64,000 nt of DNA, taken from NCBI GenBank assembly GCA_900321105.1, contig OOHL01000001.1, forward strand, positions 121,617 through 185,616, read 5' to 3'. The translations under genes were made by a program, and so were the position numbers. Under the pieces are notes generated by a model. It saw only the letters and a list, made by a program, of their open reading frames with translations. It made no database searches and was not told the DNA's origin. Source of the stretch: an uncultured Pseudomonadota bacterium. GTDB lineage: Bacteria > Pseudomonadota > Alphaproteobacteria > Rs-D84. This document shows, piece by piece, positions 28,082 to 38,125 of this stretch; within the stretch, counting starts at the first letter, position 1; the number at the start of each line of letters is the position of its first letter.

Positions 28082-28825
28082 ATGGACCAAGATCAAGAAT
28101 TGGATTTATTAGACCTGGAAGATGATGCGGCATCGGTTGATGCATTGCCAGAGGCAACGCCTTTTTCCAGCCCACGTCCAAAAAAGCCATGGCTTTTGAT
28201 GGGATTGGGTGTCGCGATTATTATATTGGCGACATGGATAATAATTGCACGTGTAAGCAGTGATTCGGGGACATCTGTTAATATTGATTTAGATGCACCG
28301 GTTCAAAAAGCCGATGTCGAACCACAGCCGATGGCGGATTTAAATGTTCCAGCCAAACCGGTCGATGTTGCACCAAAGGTGGAACCAAAACCGGCACCGG
28401 AAGTAAAACCAGCGCCAGAGGTAAAACCTGTTGAAACAAATGGTGCACCTGTTCGTGTTGTTAGTGACAGAAAAAATGTGACATTTAATCCTGATAAAGA
28501 ATCCAAACCTGTGGCAAAGCCAGTTGCGAAACCGGCGGCTAAACCTGCACCAAAGGCGGCACCAAAACCAGTTGCCACATCAAATGGCAGTATTTATGTC
28601 CAATTTGGTTCATATGGCACACGTGCAGCAGCCCAGGCAGCAGAACAAAAATTGCGTGCATCACATTCTGGATTATTCAGTGGTAAACAATTTGTTATAT
28701 TGGCTGCAAATGTCAAAGGTCAAACAACATATCGTTTACGTGTCGCGTTCCAGAATGCAAATGATGCGAACGGATTTTGCAGAAATGCTAAATCTGACGG
28801 ATTGGATTGTTATGTGACAAAATAA
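28082..28825 (+). CDS. SPOR-domain cell-division protein (TM anchor, Pro/Lys/Ala/Val-rich linker, C-terminal SPOR)
   Basis: KPAPEVKPAPEVKP linker; C-terminal YVQFGSY...YRLRV...GFC...GLDCYV SPOR pattern. Confidence 0.7.
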   Translation: MDQDQELDLLDLEDDAASVDALPEATPFSSPRPKKPWLLMGLGVAIIILATWIIIARVSSDSGTSVNIDLDAPVQKADVEPQPMADLNVPAKPVDVAPKVEPKPAPEVKPAPEVKPVETNGAPVRVVSDRKNVTFNPDKESKPVAKPVAKPAAKPAPKAAPKPVATSNGSIYVQFGSYGTRAAAQAAEQKLRASHSGLFSGKQFVILAANVKGQTTYRLRVAFQNANDANGFCRNAKSDGLDCYVTK

Positions 28826-28841
28826 ATCAAAGGGGTAAATC

Positions 28842-29030
28842 ATGCGTGGTGGTATTTGGGAAATAATTTTAATTGTTCTTTTGATTTTGATATTGTTTGG
28901 TTCGGCAAAGATTCCAGCAATGGCAAAAAATATTGCAAATGGAATAAAGACCTTTAAAAGCGAGGTCAAAGAAGAACCAAAGAAAGCGCCGGTAAAGAAA
29001 AAAGCAGCGCCTAGAAAGAAATCGAAATAA
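28842..29030 (+). CDS. tatA: Sec-independent translocase subunit TatA/E
   Basis: MRGGIWEIILIVLLILILFGSAKIP, followed by a Lys-rich tail. Confidence 0.8.
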   Translation: MRGGIWEIILIVLLILILFGSAKIPAMAKNIANGIKTFKSEVKEEPKKAPVKKKAAPRKKSK

Positions 29031-29042
29031 GATTAGTTGAAA

Positions 29043-29076
29043 TAAAAAAAACCGCCGTTTCGGCGGTGTTTTTTTG
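29043..29076. terminator. bidirectional rho-independent terminator
   Basis: accgccg-ttt-cggcggt hairpin flanked by A-run and T-run between tatA and dksA. Confidence 0.6.
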
Positions 29077-29084
29077 TATACAGT

Positions 29085-29516
29085 TTAATGTTTGCGTTGT
29101 TCGTATTCTTCTTGTTCTTCGACTGTCATTGTTGCCAATGGACGTGCCAACATACGTTGCAATCCGATTTCATCACCGGATATTACACTGTATCCAAACG
29201 TCCCGTTTTCAATGCGTTGCAAAGCGGCATTTACTTTTTCCAATAAATTCGCATTACGTTCAGACATACGCAAATTCATAGTGATTTCTTGTTCGGCAGA
29301 TGCCTGGTCTTGTTCGTCACCAACCCCAGCAGTTTCATTTTTTTCAGCCATACGAACATCATTCAAAACGTCTTCGCGGTCGTGCATGATTTCTTCGCGT
29401 TGTGCGTTTAACAACTGATAAAAATATGCCAATTGTTCATCGCACATATATGGTTCTGATTTTTTTGGGGTGTATTTTGCATCCAAAACAATATTTTTAT
29501 AATTCTTTTTTGCCAT
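29085..29516 (-). CDS. dksA: DksA-family RNAP-binding transcription factor (no Cys4 zinc finger)
   Basis: coiled-coil with acidic tip; C-terminal domain lacks the CxxC pairs. Confidence 0.65.
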   Translation of the reverse strand: MAKKNYKNIVLDAKYTPKKSEPYMCDEQLAYFYQLLNAQREEIMHDREDVLNDVRMAEKNETAGVGDEQDQASAEQEITMNLRMSERNANLLEKVNAALQRIENGTFGYSVISGDEIGLQRMLARPLATMTVEEQEEYEQRKH

Positions 29517-29520
29517 TGAA

Positions 29521-29838
29521 CTAGCCTTTTAATTCTTCTATCCATTGGATAAGTGTTTCTTCATCCATTAATCCAGTACGTGCTTCTTTTAATTCGCCGT
29601 TTACGAACGCCAGGACACTTGGAATACTGCGTATACCGAATTTTGCAGGTGTTCGTCGGTTAACATCATCAATTTCGAATTTTACAAAATTAACATCGCT
29701 GCGCTGGTCAGATACGCTTTCAAAAATTGGACCAAACATTTGGCAAGGACCACACCAAGAAGCCCAAAAATCTACCAAAGTTAAACCGTTTGAAATCATT
29801 GAATCAAATGTTTCATCATTAGCGTGTTTAAGTGCCAT
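29521..29838 (-). CDS. trxA: thioredoxin
   Basis: WCGPC active site; AAGGAG RBS upstream of MALKHAN. Confidence 0.85.
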   Translation of the reverse strand: MALKHANDETFDSMISNGLTLVDFWASWCGPCQMFGPIFESVSDQRSDVNFVKFEIDDVNRRTPAKFGIRSIPSVLAFVNGELKEARTGLMDEETLIQWIEELKG

Positions 29839-29913
29839 CTTTTTTCTCCTTATGTTATTGATATTTCGATTTAGTTTATTATAATCATAGCAAAAAGCAA
29901 GAGAAAAACACAC

Positions 29914-31098
29914 ATGAAAAAATTCGTCTATATGGATGCGGCGGCCAGTTGGTTGAAACCTGATTCCGTGATTGAAACAGAGGCTGATTTTTTAACAAAT
30001 TCGTATGCGAATTCTGGTCGCGGTATATGCGCCCGTGCGGGTCATGTCGACGAATTAATTGATGATGCGCGTGTAACGGTTGCTGATTTTATAAATGCGG
30101 ACAAAGATTGTGTTGTTTTTACATCGGGGGCAACGGACGGGTTGAATCGTATTGTTAATATTTTAACAAGACAACCTTGGTACAGTGGAATTGCAACATT
30201 TGCGGTGTCTGATCTGGATCATCACAGTGCGCGTTTGCCATGGGAATTTTTATTGCATGATGGTAAAATCAGAAAAGAATTTGTTATTGATTTAGATGAA
30301 AATTTGAATATAAAAATTGATTCAATTCCAAAGACTGATTTTTTAATCATAACGGCAATGTCTAATGTTATCGGAATGCCACAAGATGTTGAATCGATTA
30401 TTCGCGCGGCGCGTTCAAAAAATCCAGATGTAATAACCATTGTTGATGCATCACAATATGTCGTTCATAAAAAAATAGATGTAAAAAAATGGGATTGTGA
30501 TTTTTGTGTTTTTTCTGGTCATAAGATTGGTTCTGATACAGGTGTTGGCGTAATGTATATCAAAAATCCGGATAAATATTTTCCTGATAAATTCGGTGGT
30601 GGTATGATAAATAAAATTATTGATGGTGATGTTAAATACAAACCTGATAATTTTGGCGGTAAAATGGCATATACAGACCAAACTGGAAAAACATCAACAT
30701 GGTTGTTAAATAAATCACCTGAAAAATTCGAAGCCGGCACATTACCAATTACACAAATCATTGGATTAAAAAGCGCAATTGATGAATTAAAAAAATGGAA
30801 TGGTTCGCGCGATATTCATGAATTCATTTACGATGAATTATCACAAATTAAAAATATAAAAATATTTACGCCACGTGATTCGTCGTTGATATCTTTTACA
30901 ATTCAAAATATGCATGCGCTGGATTTTGGTGCATTGCTTGGTGCGCATGATATCTGTGTTCGTGTTGGTAATATGTGCGCGACATGGATACATAAATATT
31001 TAAACATTGATGCATCAATTCGTATATCAATTGGACCGTGGAACACAATGGCGGATGCACAATATGTTGTTGATGTAATAAAGGGCTTGGTTAAATAA
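29914..31098 (+). CDS. sufS: cysteine desulfurase, class V aminotransferase (SufS-like)
   Basis: PLP-lysine motif SGHKIG; suf neighbours downstream. Confidence 0.75.
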   Translation: MKKFVYMDAAASWLKPDSVIETEADFLTNSYANSGRGICARAGHVDELIDDARVTVADFINADKDCVVFTSGATDGLNRIVNILTRQPWYSGIATFAVSDLDHHSARLPWEFLLHDGKIRKEFVIDLDENLNIKIDSIPKTDFLIITAMSNVIGMPQDVESIIRAARSKNPDVITIVDASQYVVHKKIDVKKWDCDFCVFSGHKIGSDTGVGVMYIKNPDKYFPDKFGGGMINKIIDGDVKYKPDNFGGKMAYTDQTGKTSTWLLNKSPEKFEAGTLPITQIIGLKSAIDELKKWNGSRDIHEFIYDELSQIKNIKIFTPRDSSLISFTIQNMHALDFGALLGAHDICVRVGNMCATWIHKYLNIDASIRISIGPWNTMADAQYVVDVIKGLVK

Positions 31099-31413
31099 AT
31101 GTCAGATATTCGTGAAAACATTATTAACGAAATCAAAAAGGTTTTTGACCCAGAAATCCCTGTGAATATATGGGATTTGGGATTGATTTATAATATTGAA
31201 ATAAAGGATACAGAAATAGAAATAGAAATGACATTTACATCGCCAACATGTCCAATGATGGAAGATATTTTAAGTCAGGTTAAATCAAATGTTGAATCCG
31301 TTGCAGATGGAAAAAATGTTAATGTAAAATTGGTTTGGGATCCAGCATGGGATTTGTCCAGAATGAGTGACGCGGCGCGCGTCGAATTGGATTTAACAGA
31401 GCAGGGATGGTAA
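31099..31413 (+). CDS. sufT: DUF59/SufT-like Fe-S assembly protein
   Basis: DPEIPVNIWDLGLIY and TSPTCPM motifs of the MIP18/DUF59 family. Confidence 0.6.
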   Translation: MSDIRENIINEIKKVFDPEIPVNIWDLGLIYNIEIKDTEIEIEMTFTSPTCPMMEDILSQVKSNVESVADGKNVNVKLVWDPAWDLSRMSDAARVELDLTEQGW

Positions 31414-31419
31414 ATCAAA

Positions 31420-31782
31420 ATGAAATATGATGATATAAAAAAATCTTTGTTATTGATTGAAAATCCAGTTGATAAACTGGAATTTGTTATGGATTTGGGA
31501 AAATCTTTGCAACAGATTCCAGATGGTGCAAAATGCACAGAAATATTTGGATGTACTTCGTTTGTAGAAATATGTGAAAAGGATGGACATTTTTATGGAC
31601 GTGCAGATTCAATGATGGTGCGTGGGATTGTCGCAATAATTCTGTCTTTGGTTGATGGAAAAAACGTTGATGAAATTAAGGAAATGGATTTAGTTGGCGA
31701 ATTTAATTCACTGAATTTGAATTTTGGTGCAGGGCGTTTAAACGGTATTCAATCTATGATTAGTTTTTTTAAGAATTTATGA
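31420..31782 (+). CDS. sufE: SufE-like sulfur acceptor
   Basis: size and conserved Cys in FGCTSFV. Confidence 0.6.
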   Translation: MKYDDIKKSLLLIENPVDKLEFVMDLGKSLQQIPDGAKCTEIFGCTSFVEICEKDGHFYGRADSMMVRGIVAIILSLVDGKNVDEIKEMDLVGEFNSLNLNFGAGRLNGIQSMISFFKNL

Positions 31783-31814
31783 TACAATGTATCATAACAA
31801 GGAAAGGAATATTT

Positions 31815-32105
31815 ATGCGCGACGATGAAAAAATGTTTAATATTGGCTTTGTTATGCTGATGGGTGTGGTGTTGCTTATAGTGTTTTTACAAGTTTGTTA
31901 TCGTGTGCAAAATTCTAATCTGGAATCTGTGCGTCGTAATATGGATGAAACAAGACATGAATACAGTATTGCTGATACAAGATTTTCGGCACTAAAATCC
32001 GCGGATTCATTGCGTGGATCTGTGGTTGGTGTAAATCCAAAAGCAGAAACGGTATCATTCAGCAAGACTGTGCATATTGATGATATACCAATGGTGGCTG
32101 AATAA
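31815..32105 (+). CDS. ftsL: FtsL-like small bitopic division protein
   Basis: single TM followed by a short periplasmic tail; lies immediately upstream of ftsI; RBS AAGGAAAGGAA. Confidence 0.4.
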   Translation: MRDDEKMFNIGFVMLMGVVLLIVFLQVCYRVQNSNLESVRRNMDETRHEYSIADTRFSALKSADSLRGSVVGVNPKAETVSFSKTVHIDDIPMVAE

Positions 32106-33769
32106 TGCGGTTTACAATCGGCAAAGATATTTTACCACACGAATACAAAGGTGCTGTCTTTAATACAGAAAGCGCCGATCGTTTGCATTGGGTTCGTGTC
32201 GCATTTTCAGTATTGTTTGCTGTATTTATTGTGCGTACTTTGCAACTGGGACTACAAAGCAACGATTACAGAAAATATAATATGAACGACAGACAAATAG
32301 AAAGTCGTGCAGATGTCGTTGACAGAAATGGTGTGGTTTTGGCAAAAAGTGTAAAGTCTGGAAATATTAAATTGTTCCCGCCACGTGTTAAAGAAAAAGA
32401 TGTTAATAACGTCGCAAATGTTATTCATGAAATTGCGCCAATGGATTACAGTGTTGCGGATGCATTAAATATAATTCGTTCAAATCGTCGTGGGCTTTAT
32501 ATTAAGAAGAATGCCACAGAAGAACAGATGAAGTTGATTAAATTAGCACATAAAAAATACGATTGTTTTGAAATAGAACAATTTACACAAAGACGTTACC
32601 CACAAAGAAATGTATTTGCACATGTTGTCGGCTTTGCTGGCAAAGACGAAGGGTTAGAGGGTGTCGAATTTACGTATGATAAATATTTACGCGAAAACAA
32701 AGACCCACTTAAACTATCAATTGATTCACGCGTACAAAATATTTTCCATGAACAATTAACCGTGGCTATGAATAAATATAATGCCAAGGGTGCAATGGGT
32801 ATGTTGATGAATTCATCAACCGGTGAAATGATTGCGATGGTGCAATTGCCTGATTATGATCCAAATAATATAAATGCGATTCCTGTTAATACACGCCGTT
32901 TCAAATTGATGCGCGATAACTTTGAAATGGGGTCTATTTTTAAAATATTTAATACGGCATTGGCGTATGAAAATGGTTTGCAAAATAAAGATTACAAAAT
33001 TGATGAACCGTTGATGATATATGATAAATTTGGTCGTCCTGCGATGCGTAAACCAATTGATGATGTTTCTTCTTTTAAACGTGATGTTGTTAAAAAAGGC
33101 GGACATAAAACATTGAAAGCTCCGGAAATAATGTTGTATTCTTGCAATGTTGGCAGTGCGCGTATCGCGCTGGATTTGCCAGATGGTGCACAAAAAGAAT
33201 TTTTCGAACGTATTAATTTTAACAAACCTTTGCAATTAGAATTTGGAAAAACAGAACGGGCAATAACATATAAAACATGGGGACCAACAGAACGTGCCAC
33301 AGCTGCATTTGGACATGGTATTTCTGTCACGCCGATGCATCTATTGTTGGCTGTCAATGCAATGACAAATGGCGGCATATATATTTATCCTACATTATTA
33401 AAGAGAAACATAGGCGCAGTTCGTGGCGAAAGGGTTTTAAGTTCCGAAATATCTGCAAAATTGCGTGATATAATGTTTCATATTGCCGAAGAAACAACCG
33501 CCAAAAAAGCGCGTGTTAAAGGAATTGAGGTTGGTGGTAAAACAGGAACAGCCGAAAAGAGAAACAGGGATGGAACAACTGATAAAAACAGAAATTCAAC
33601 CGTGTTTACTGGGATATTCCCGGTTTCTGCACCACAATATATAATAATTGTTATGCTGGATGAACCCCAGGGTACAAAAGAATCGGGTGGGTGGAAAACA
33701 GCGGCCTGGAATGCCGTGCCGACAGCTGGTGCAATACTGGACGGAATCATGCCATTGCTATTTGAATAA
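32105..33769 (+). CDS. ftsI: peptidoglycan D,D-transpeptidase FtsI (PBP3)
   Basis: SIFK (SxxK), SCN (SxN) and KTGT motifs. Confidence 0.8.
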   Translation: MRFTIGKDILPHEYKGAVFNTESADRLHWVRVAFSVLFAVFIVRTLQLGLQSNDYRKYNMNDRQIESRADVVDRNGVVLAKSVKSGNIKLFPPRVKEKDVNNVANVIHEIAPMDYSVADALNIIRSNRRGLYIKKNATEEQMKLIKLAHKKYDCFEIEQFTQRRYPQRNVFAHVVGFAGKDEGLEGVEFTYDKYLRENKDPLKLSIDSRVQNIFHEQLTVAMNKYNAKGAMGMLMNSSTGEMIAMVQLPDYDPNNINAIPVNTRRFKLMRDNFEMGSIFKIFNTALAYENGLQNKDYKIDEPLMIYDKFGRPAMRKPIDDVSSFKRDVVKKGGHKTLKAPEIMLYSCNVGSARIALDLPDGAQKEFFERINFNKPLQLEFGKTERAITYKTWGPTERATAAFGHGISVTPMHLLLAVNAMTNGGIYIYPTLLKRNIGAVRGERVLSSEISAKLRDIMFHIAEETTAKKARVKGIEVGGKTGTAEKRNRDGTTDKNRNSTVFTGIFPVSAPQYIIIVMLDEPQGTKESGGWKTAAWNAVPTAGAILDGIMPLLFE

Positions 33770-33811
33770 ATTTATATTATAATAGCACTGATAATAAAAA
33801 AAGAGTGAACA

Positions 33812-35566
33812 GTGCGTAAGATAGTGGAAAAGTCCATGCTGGGTAAAGTGTGGGCTGTGTCGGATGATTATAATCTGAATTCAGATTTAAACGATACAAA
33901 AAATTTGGTTAAAAATATTTTGGCATCTCGCGGGATTGTTGGCGATGATGCGGTGGAAAGATTTTTAAATCCATCAATAAAAGAATATATGCCAGACCCA
34001 TCTGTGCTGAAAGACATGGATCGGGCTACATCTGTTATTGCGGATTCAATATGCAATGGTGAAAAAATTGCCATATATGGTGATTACGATGTTGATGGCA
34101 TAACGTCAACGGCAATTTTTGTGAAATATTTACAGAGCATTGGCGTAGATGTGTCCTGGCATTTGCCGACCAGGGAAGGCGAAGGTTATGGCTTGAATAT
34201 AGCAGCCGTCGAACAAATTGCACAAAATGGCATTTCTCTGATGATAACTGTTGATTGCGGAATAAGTGGTAACGCAGAAGTTGACCGGGCAAAAGAATTA
34301 GGTCTTAAAGTTGTTGTGACAGATCACCATTCGCCAGATAATGTTTTACCAAATGCAGATGCAGTTGTTAATCCAAAACGCAATGACGATGATTCAGGAT
34401 TATCTTATTTAGCGGGTGTTGGTGTCGCGTTTTTAACATTGGTTTCTTTGAATCGTGAATTAAAAAATAGAAAATTTTTTGATGAATCAAAACAATCAGT
34501 TAATTTATTAAATTATATGGATTTTGTCGCCTTGGGAACAATATGTGACACGATGCCATTGATTGGTTTAAATCGTGCATTTGTTTCAACCGGGCTGAAA
34601 GTTTTGGGACTTCGTCAAAATCTGGGACTTAGAACTTTGATGGATTTAGCCGGTATAAAAACACCGTCGGTATATGCCGCAGGTTTTGCAATTGGACCGC
34701 GCCTTAATGCCGCGGGTCGTCTTGATTCTGCGGCGCCAGCATTAGAATTATTGTTAACTGATAATCCGTTAATTGCCAATGACTTGGCTAATAAATTACA
34801 TCATATGAATCAGGAAAGAATTGATATTCAAAATGCAATTATGTTGGATGCAACCGATATTGCGGACAAATGTTGCAAGGATGGTAAATGCAGTTTATTT
34901 GTTTGTGGTGATAATTGGCATGGTGGCGTTATGGGGATTATTGCCGGACGATTAAAAGATAAATATAATTTGCCAACATGTGTTGCAACACGTGGTGATG
35001 GAATTATAAACGGTTCCGGACGTTCAATACCTGAAATAGATTTGGGAAAAATTATTCATGATGCTTTGTCCATTGGTATTTTGTCTGAAGGAGGTGGACA
35101 TGCTGCTGCTGCTGGATTCACATTAAGTGCAGATCGCGAAAAAGACTTTTGTGAATTCTTGGAAAAATCTGTTAACGAACAATTGGGTGGTCAAAAGCCA
35201 AATCCAGAAATATTTGTTGATGCACAAATTGATGCAGGCAGTGCCGATATGAAATTGGTTGAAAAATTATCTAATCTTGCACCTTTTGGTCAATGCAATC
35301 CAGAACCGACATTGGTGTTAAGGGATGCAACATTAAAATTTGCAACTGTTATGGGTAACGGTGCGCATTTGCGTGGTGTGGTTCGTTGCAGTAATGGTTC
35401 ACAATTATCGTTTGTTGGGTTTAATTTGGTTGGTACACCAGTAGGTGATTTTTTACTAGACGACGTGAATACAAATACTACAATAATGATGTTAGGTAAG
35501 TTGAAAGAAAACGAATACAATGGTCGTGTAAGCGCACAGTTTACAGTGGAGGATATTGCATTATGA
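33812..35566 (+). CDS. recJ: single-stranded-DNA-specific exonuclease RecJ
   Basis: DHH motifs (YGDYDVDG, VVVTDHH) and GGGH DHHA1 motif. Confidence 0.85.
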   Translation: MRKIVEKSMLGKVWAVSDDYNLNSDLNDTKNLVKNILASRGIVGDDAVERFLNPSIKEYMPDPSVLKDMDRATSVIADSICNGEKIAIYGDYDVDGITSTAIFVKYLQSIGVDVSWHLPTREGEGYGLNIAAVEQIAQNGISLMITVDCGISGNAEVDRAKELGLKVVVTDHHSPDNVLPNADAVVNPKRNDDDSGLSYLAGVGVAFLTLVSLNRELKNRKFFDESKQSVNLLNYMDFVALGTICDTMPLIGLNRAFVSTGLKVLGLRQNLGLRTLMDLAGIKTPSVYAAGFAIGPRLNAAGRLDSAAPALELLLTDNPLIANDLANKLHHMNQERIDIQNAIMLDATDIADKCCKDGKCSLFVCGDNWHGGVMGIIAGRLKDKYNLPTCVATRGDGIINGSGRSIPEIDLGKIIHDALSIGILSEGGGHAAAAGFTLSADREKDFCEFLEKSVNEQLGGQKPNPEIFVDAQIDAGSADMKLVEKLSNLAPFGQCNPEPTLVLRDATLKFATVMGNGAHLRGVVRCSNGSQLSFVGFNLVGTPVGDFLLDDVNTNTTIMMLGKLKENEYNGRVSAQFTVEDIAL

Positions 35567-36513
35567 TGGAAAAAATACAAGTTTTTATAGAAAAAGTTAG
35601 AAACGCAAAATCAATTGCTATATCCGGTCATAAGAATCTGGATGGTGATGCGCTTTGTTCTGCGCTGGCTTTGATGAAATTGATTGAATTAAATTTTGGT
35701 AAAAAAGCAACGGTTATATTTGATGGTAATGTTCCGCGCGATTTGGACAATGTGCCATTGCGTAAAGAGGCTGTATTTCATAAGAGTTTACCAGAAAATT
35801 CAAAATATGATTTATATATTTTGGTTGATTATGGGACCAGAAAGAATTTGGGCGAAATTGAAAAATATGTTGATGCTGCAGATTTTGTAATTGAATTTGA
35901 TCATCACTTTAATGATGATTTGGTCGGGAATTTATGTTTTGATGACGATGAAAAAGTTGCAACAGCGCAAATAATTTTAGATATGATAAAGGTTGTTAAC
36001 TTTAATATTGATAAAGATATTGTTGATTTGTTGACACTTGCGATCATCACAGACAGTGGAAATTTCAAATTTGTTCGTTACAGTGATGTTTTCAAAGATG
36101 CTGCACTTTTGGTTGAAAAAGGTGCAGATATACCACATCTTGTTAATTCGCTGAATAACAAAGATAAAAAAACAGTTTTGGTTGAATCCAAAGTTGTATC
36201 AGAAGCTGAATTCTTTATGAAAGGACGTTTAGTAATCGCCACAATAAATCATGCAGATTATAAAAAACTGGATGGTCGTGGTGATATTGTTTTATCATTG
36301 TTGGCTCAAATACGTGGGGTGCAATTTGTCGTGTTATTAAAGGAACACAAAGAAGACCAAATTGGAATATCTATTCGTTCGCGTGAAATACCAATAAATG
36401 AAATCGCAGAATCTTTGGGCGGGGGTGGCCATTTGTGTGCCGCTGGCGCTGTTGTTGGGGACACTTTAAAAAATGTTCGCAGTTTAATAATAAACCTTTT
36501 CAAGGGAATGTAG
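35563..36513 (+). CDS. nrnA: DHH/DHHA1 phosphoesterase, NrnA-like (oligoribonuclease/pAp phosphatase)
   Basis: ISGHKNLDGDALCS, FDHHFND and GGGGH motifs. Confidence 0.65.
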   Translation: MMEKIQVFIEKVRNAKSIAISGHKNLDGDALCSALALMKLIELNFGKKATVIFDGNVPRDLDNVPLRKEAVFHKSLPENSKYDLYILVDYGTRKNLGEIEKYVDAADFVIEFDHHFNDDLVGNLCFDDDEKVATAQIILDMIKVVNFNIDKDIVDLLTLAIITDSGNFKFVRYSDVFKDAALLVEKGADIPHLVNSLNNKDKKTVLVESKVVSEAEFFMKGRLVIATINHADYKKLDGRGDIVLSLLAQIRGVQFVVLLKEHKEDQIGISIRSREIPINEIAESLGGGGHLCAAGAVVGDTLKNVRSLIINLFKGM

Positions 36514-36515
36514 AT

Positions 36516-37130
36516 ATGAAAAAAATATTATTTGTATTTTTATTGTGTTTATCAGTTTTTAATGCAAATGCAAAGGTTGATAATAGTTTAGTGGTCAGCG
36601 CAGAAAAGTATCTTAATTCTGTAACCGGATTACATGGTGCATTTACACAGATTTCAAATGGGAAAACAGAAAAAGGTATTTTTTCTATGTTGCGTCCTGG
36701 TCGTGTCAGATTGGATTATAAAAATGCGCCAATTCAATTAATTTCAGATGGTAAAGATTTGTATTTTTATGATAAATCATTGGATCAAATTACAACTGTT
36801 CCGTTAACCAGTACACCGGCCGGCATTTTGGTTCGCAATAAAATAGATTTACAGAACGCAGATATAAATGTTTATGAAACATCTTCTGATAAAAACACTT
36901 TTACGTTAAAAATGAATTTGAAAGGCCAGGAAGGGTTGGGACATATGGATGTGGTCTTTGATAAGTCCCCTGTAAAATTAAAATCATGGTCTGTGGTTGA
37001 TGCGACATCAACCAAGACGGATGTTGTGTTTAACGATTTAAAAACGAAAACAGATTTTGGTAAAAATTATTTTCAATTATCGCGTCATAAAACAACATCT
37101 ACAAATGACGGTGATGATTTTTACGATTAA
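36516..37130 (+). CDS. lolA: outer-membrane lipoprotein carrier protein LolA
   Basis: signal peptide; F.Q...G...SG.L...RPG..R..Y..P....L.SDG..L..YD pattern. Confidence 0.65.
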   Translation: MKKILFVFLLCLSVFNANAKVDNSLVVSAEKYLNSVTGLHGAFTQISNGKTEKGIFSMLRPGRVRLDYKNAPIQLISDGKDLYFYDKSLDQITTVPLTSTPAGILVRNKIDLQNADINVYETSSDKNTFTLKMNLKGQEGLGHMDVVFDKSPVKLKSWSVVDATSTKTDVVFNDLKTKTDFGKNYFQLSRHKTTSTNDGDDFYD

Positions 37131-37138
37131 GGTTTGAT

Positions 37139-37408
37139 ATGTTCGGAATAAGTTGGACCGAATTTTTAGTAATCTTGTTAATCGCAATTTGTGTTGTGCC
37201 TGCAAAATATTGGCCTGATGTTGCAAAATTTTTTGCACGTGTTTTTAAATATGTCCGTAATATAGTGTGGAAAATAACTGATTTTTCGGAAAGTTTGCAA
37301 CAAAGAATAGACCTGGAAAAACCAATTGATGATTTGTTGGAAAATGCGACAAATGATATTTTTGCAACGCCAATAAAAAAGCAAATAAAAAGAAAGCACA
37401 AGAAATGA
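37139..37408 (+). CDS. tatB: Sec-independent translocase subunit TatB
   Basis: MFGISWTEFLVILLIAICVVPAKYWP N-terminal TM plus amphipathic helix. Confidence 0.75.
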   Translation: MFGISWTEFLVILLIAICVVPAKYWPDVAKFFARVFKYVRNIVWKITDFSESLQQRIDLEKPIDDLLENATNDIFATPIKKQIKRKHKK

Positions 37409-38106
37409 AAATGACATTGATGCAACATTTTACCGAATTGCGTAAACGTATATTGTGGTGTGCGTTTGTGTTCTTGTTATCTTTTGCATTTGGTTGGGTT
37501 GTTTCTGATTATGTTGAATTGTTTTTAAGTGCGCCACTGATGAATGTTTGGGATGATGCGGCATTGCTTTATACAGAAATAAGCGATGGTTTGATGATAC
37601 AGTTTTCATTGGCGACATTGGTAGCATTGATTGTGACGGTACCTGTTTTTATGTGGAATGTTTGGGCATATATTGCGCCAGGATTACATAAAAACGAAAA
37701 ACAATTTTTAATACCTATATTTTTATTTTCACCATTGTTGTTTGTAATGGGGGCGGCATTTGCGTTTTATATTTTGTTTCCGTTTGTTTTTAAGTTCTTT
37801 ATTGAATTGAATGAATCTGCGTCGATACCGACAGTATTATTACCATCGGTCAAGGGATATCTGGCTTTTGCAATTGGAATGTTAAAAGTATTTGGAATTG
37901 CGTTTCAATTGCCTTTGGTTTTGGTTGGATTAAACAGGGTGGGGTTGCTTTCTAAACGATCGGCAATCAAAAGCCGCAGATATGTAATTATTGGTGTTTT
38001 TGTTTTGGCGGCAATGTTAACGCCCCCCGACATTTTATCGCAAATTTTATTGGCGGTTCCGATGTTGCTGCTTTTTGAAATAAGTTTGCTTTTTATGCGC
38101 GATTAG
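37405..38106 (+). CDS. tatC: Sec-independent translocase subunit TatC
   Basis: 6-TM profile; conserved HFTELRKRIL N-terminus. Confidence 0.85.
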   Translation: MKMTLMQHFTELRKRILWCAFVFLLSFAFGWVVSDYVELFLSAPLMNVWDDAALLYTEISDGLMIQFSLATLVALIVTVPVFMWNVWAYIAPGLHKNEKQFLIPIFLFSPLLFVMGAAFAFYILFPFVFKFFIELNESASIPTVLLPSVKGYLAFAIGMLKVFGIAFQLPLVLVGLNRVGLLSKRSAIKSRRYVIIGVFVLAAMLTPPDILSQILLAVPMLLLFEISLLFMRD

Positions 38107-38125
38107 TCTGCATAAGTGTTTTATT

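Noticed and set aside
29085-29516. Absence of a zinc finger in DksA as an anomaly
   Set aside because: Cys-free DksA variants are common in several proteobacterial lineages, so this is probably lineage-typical rather than unusual.
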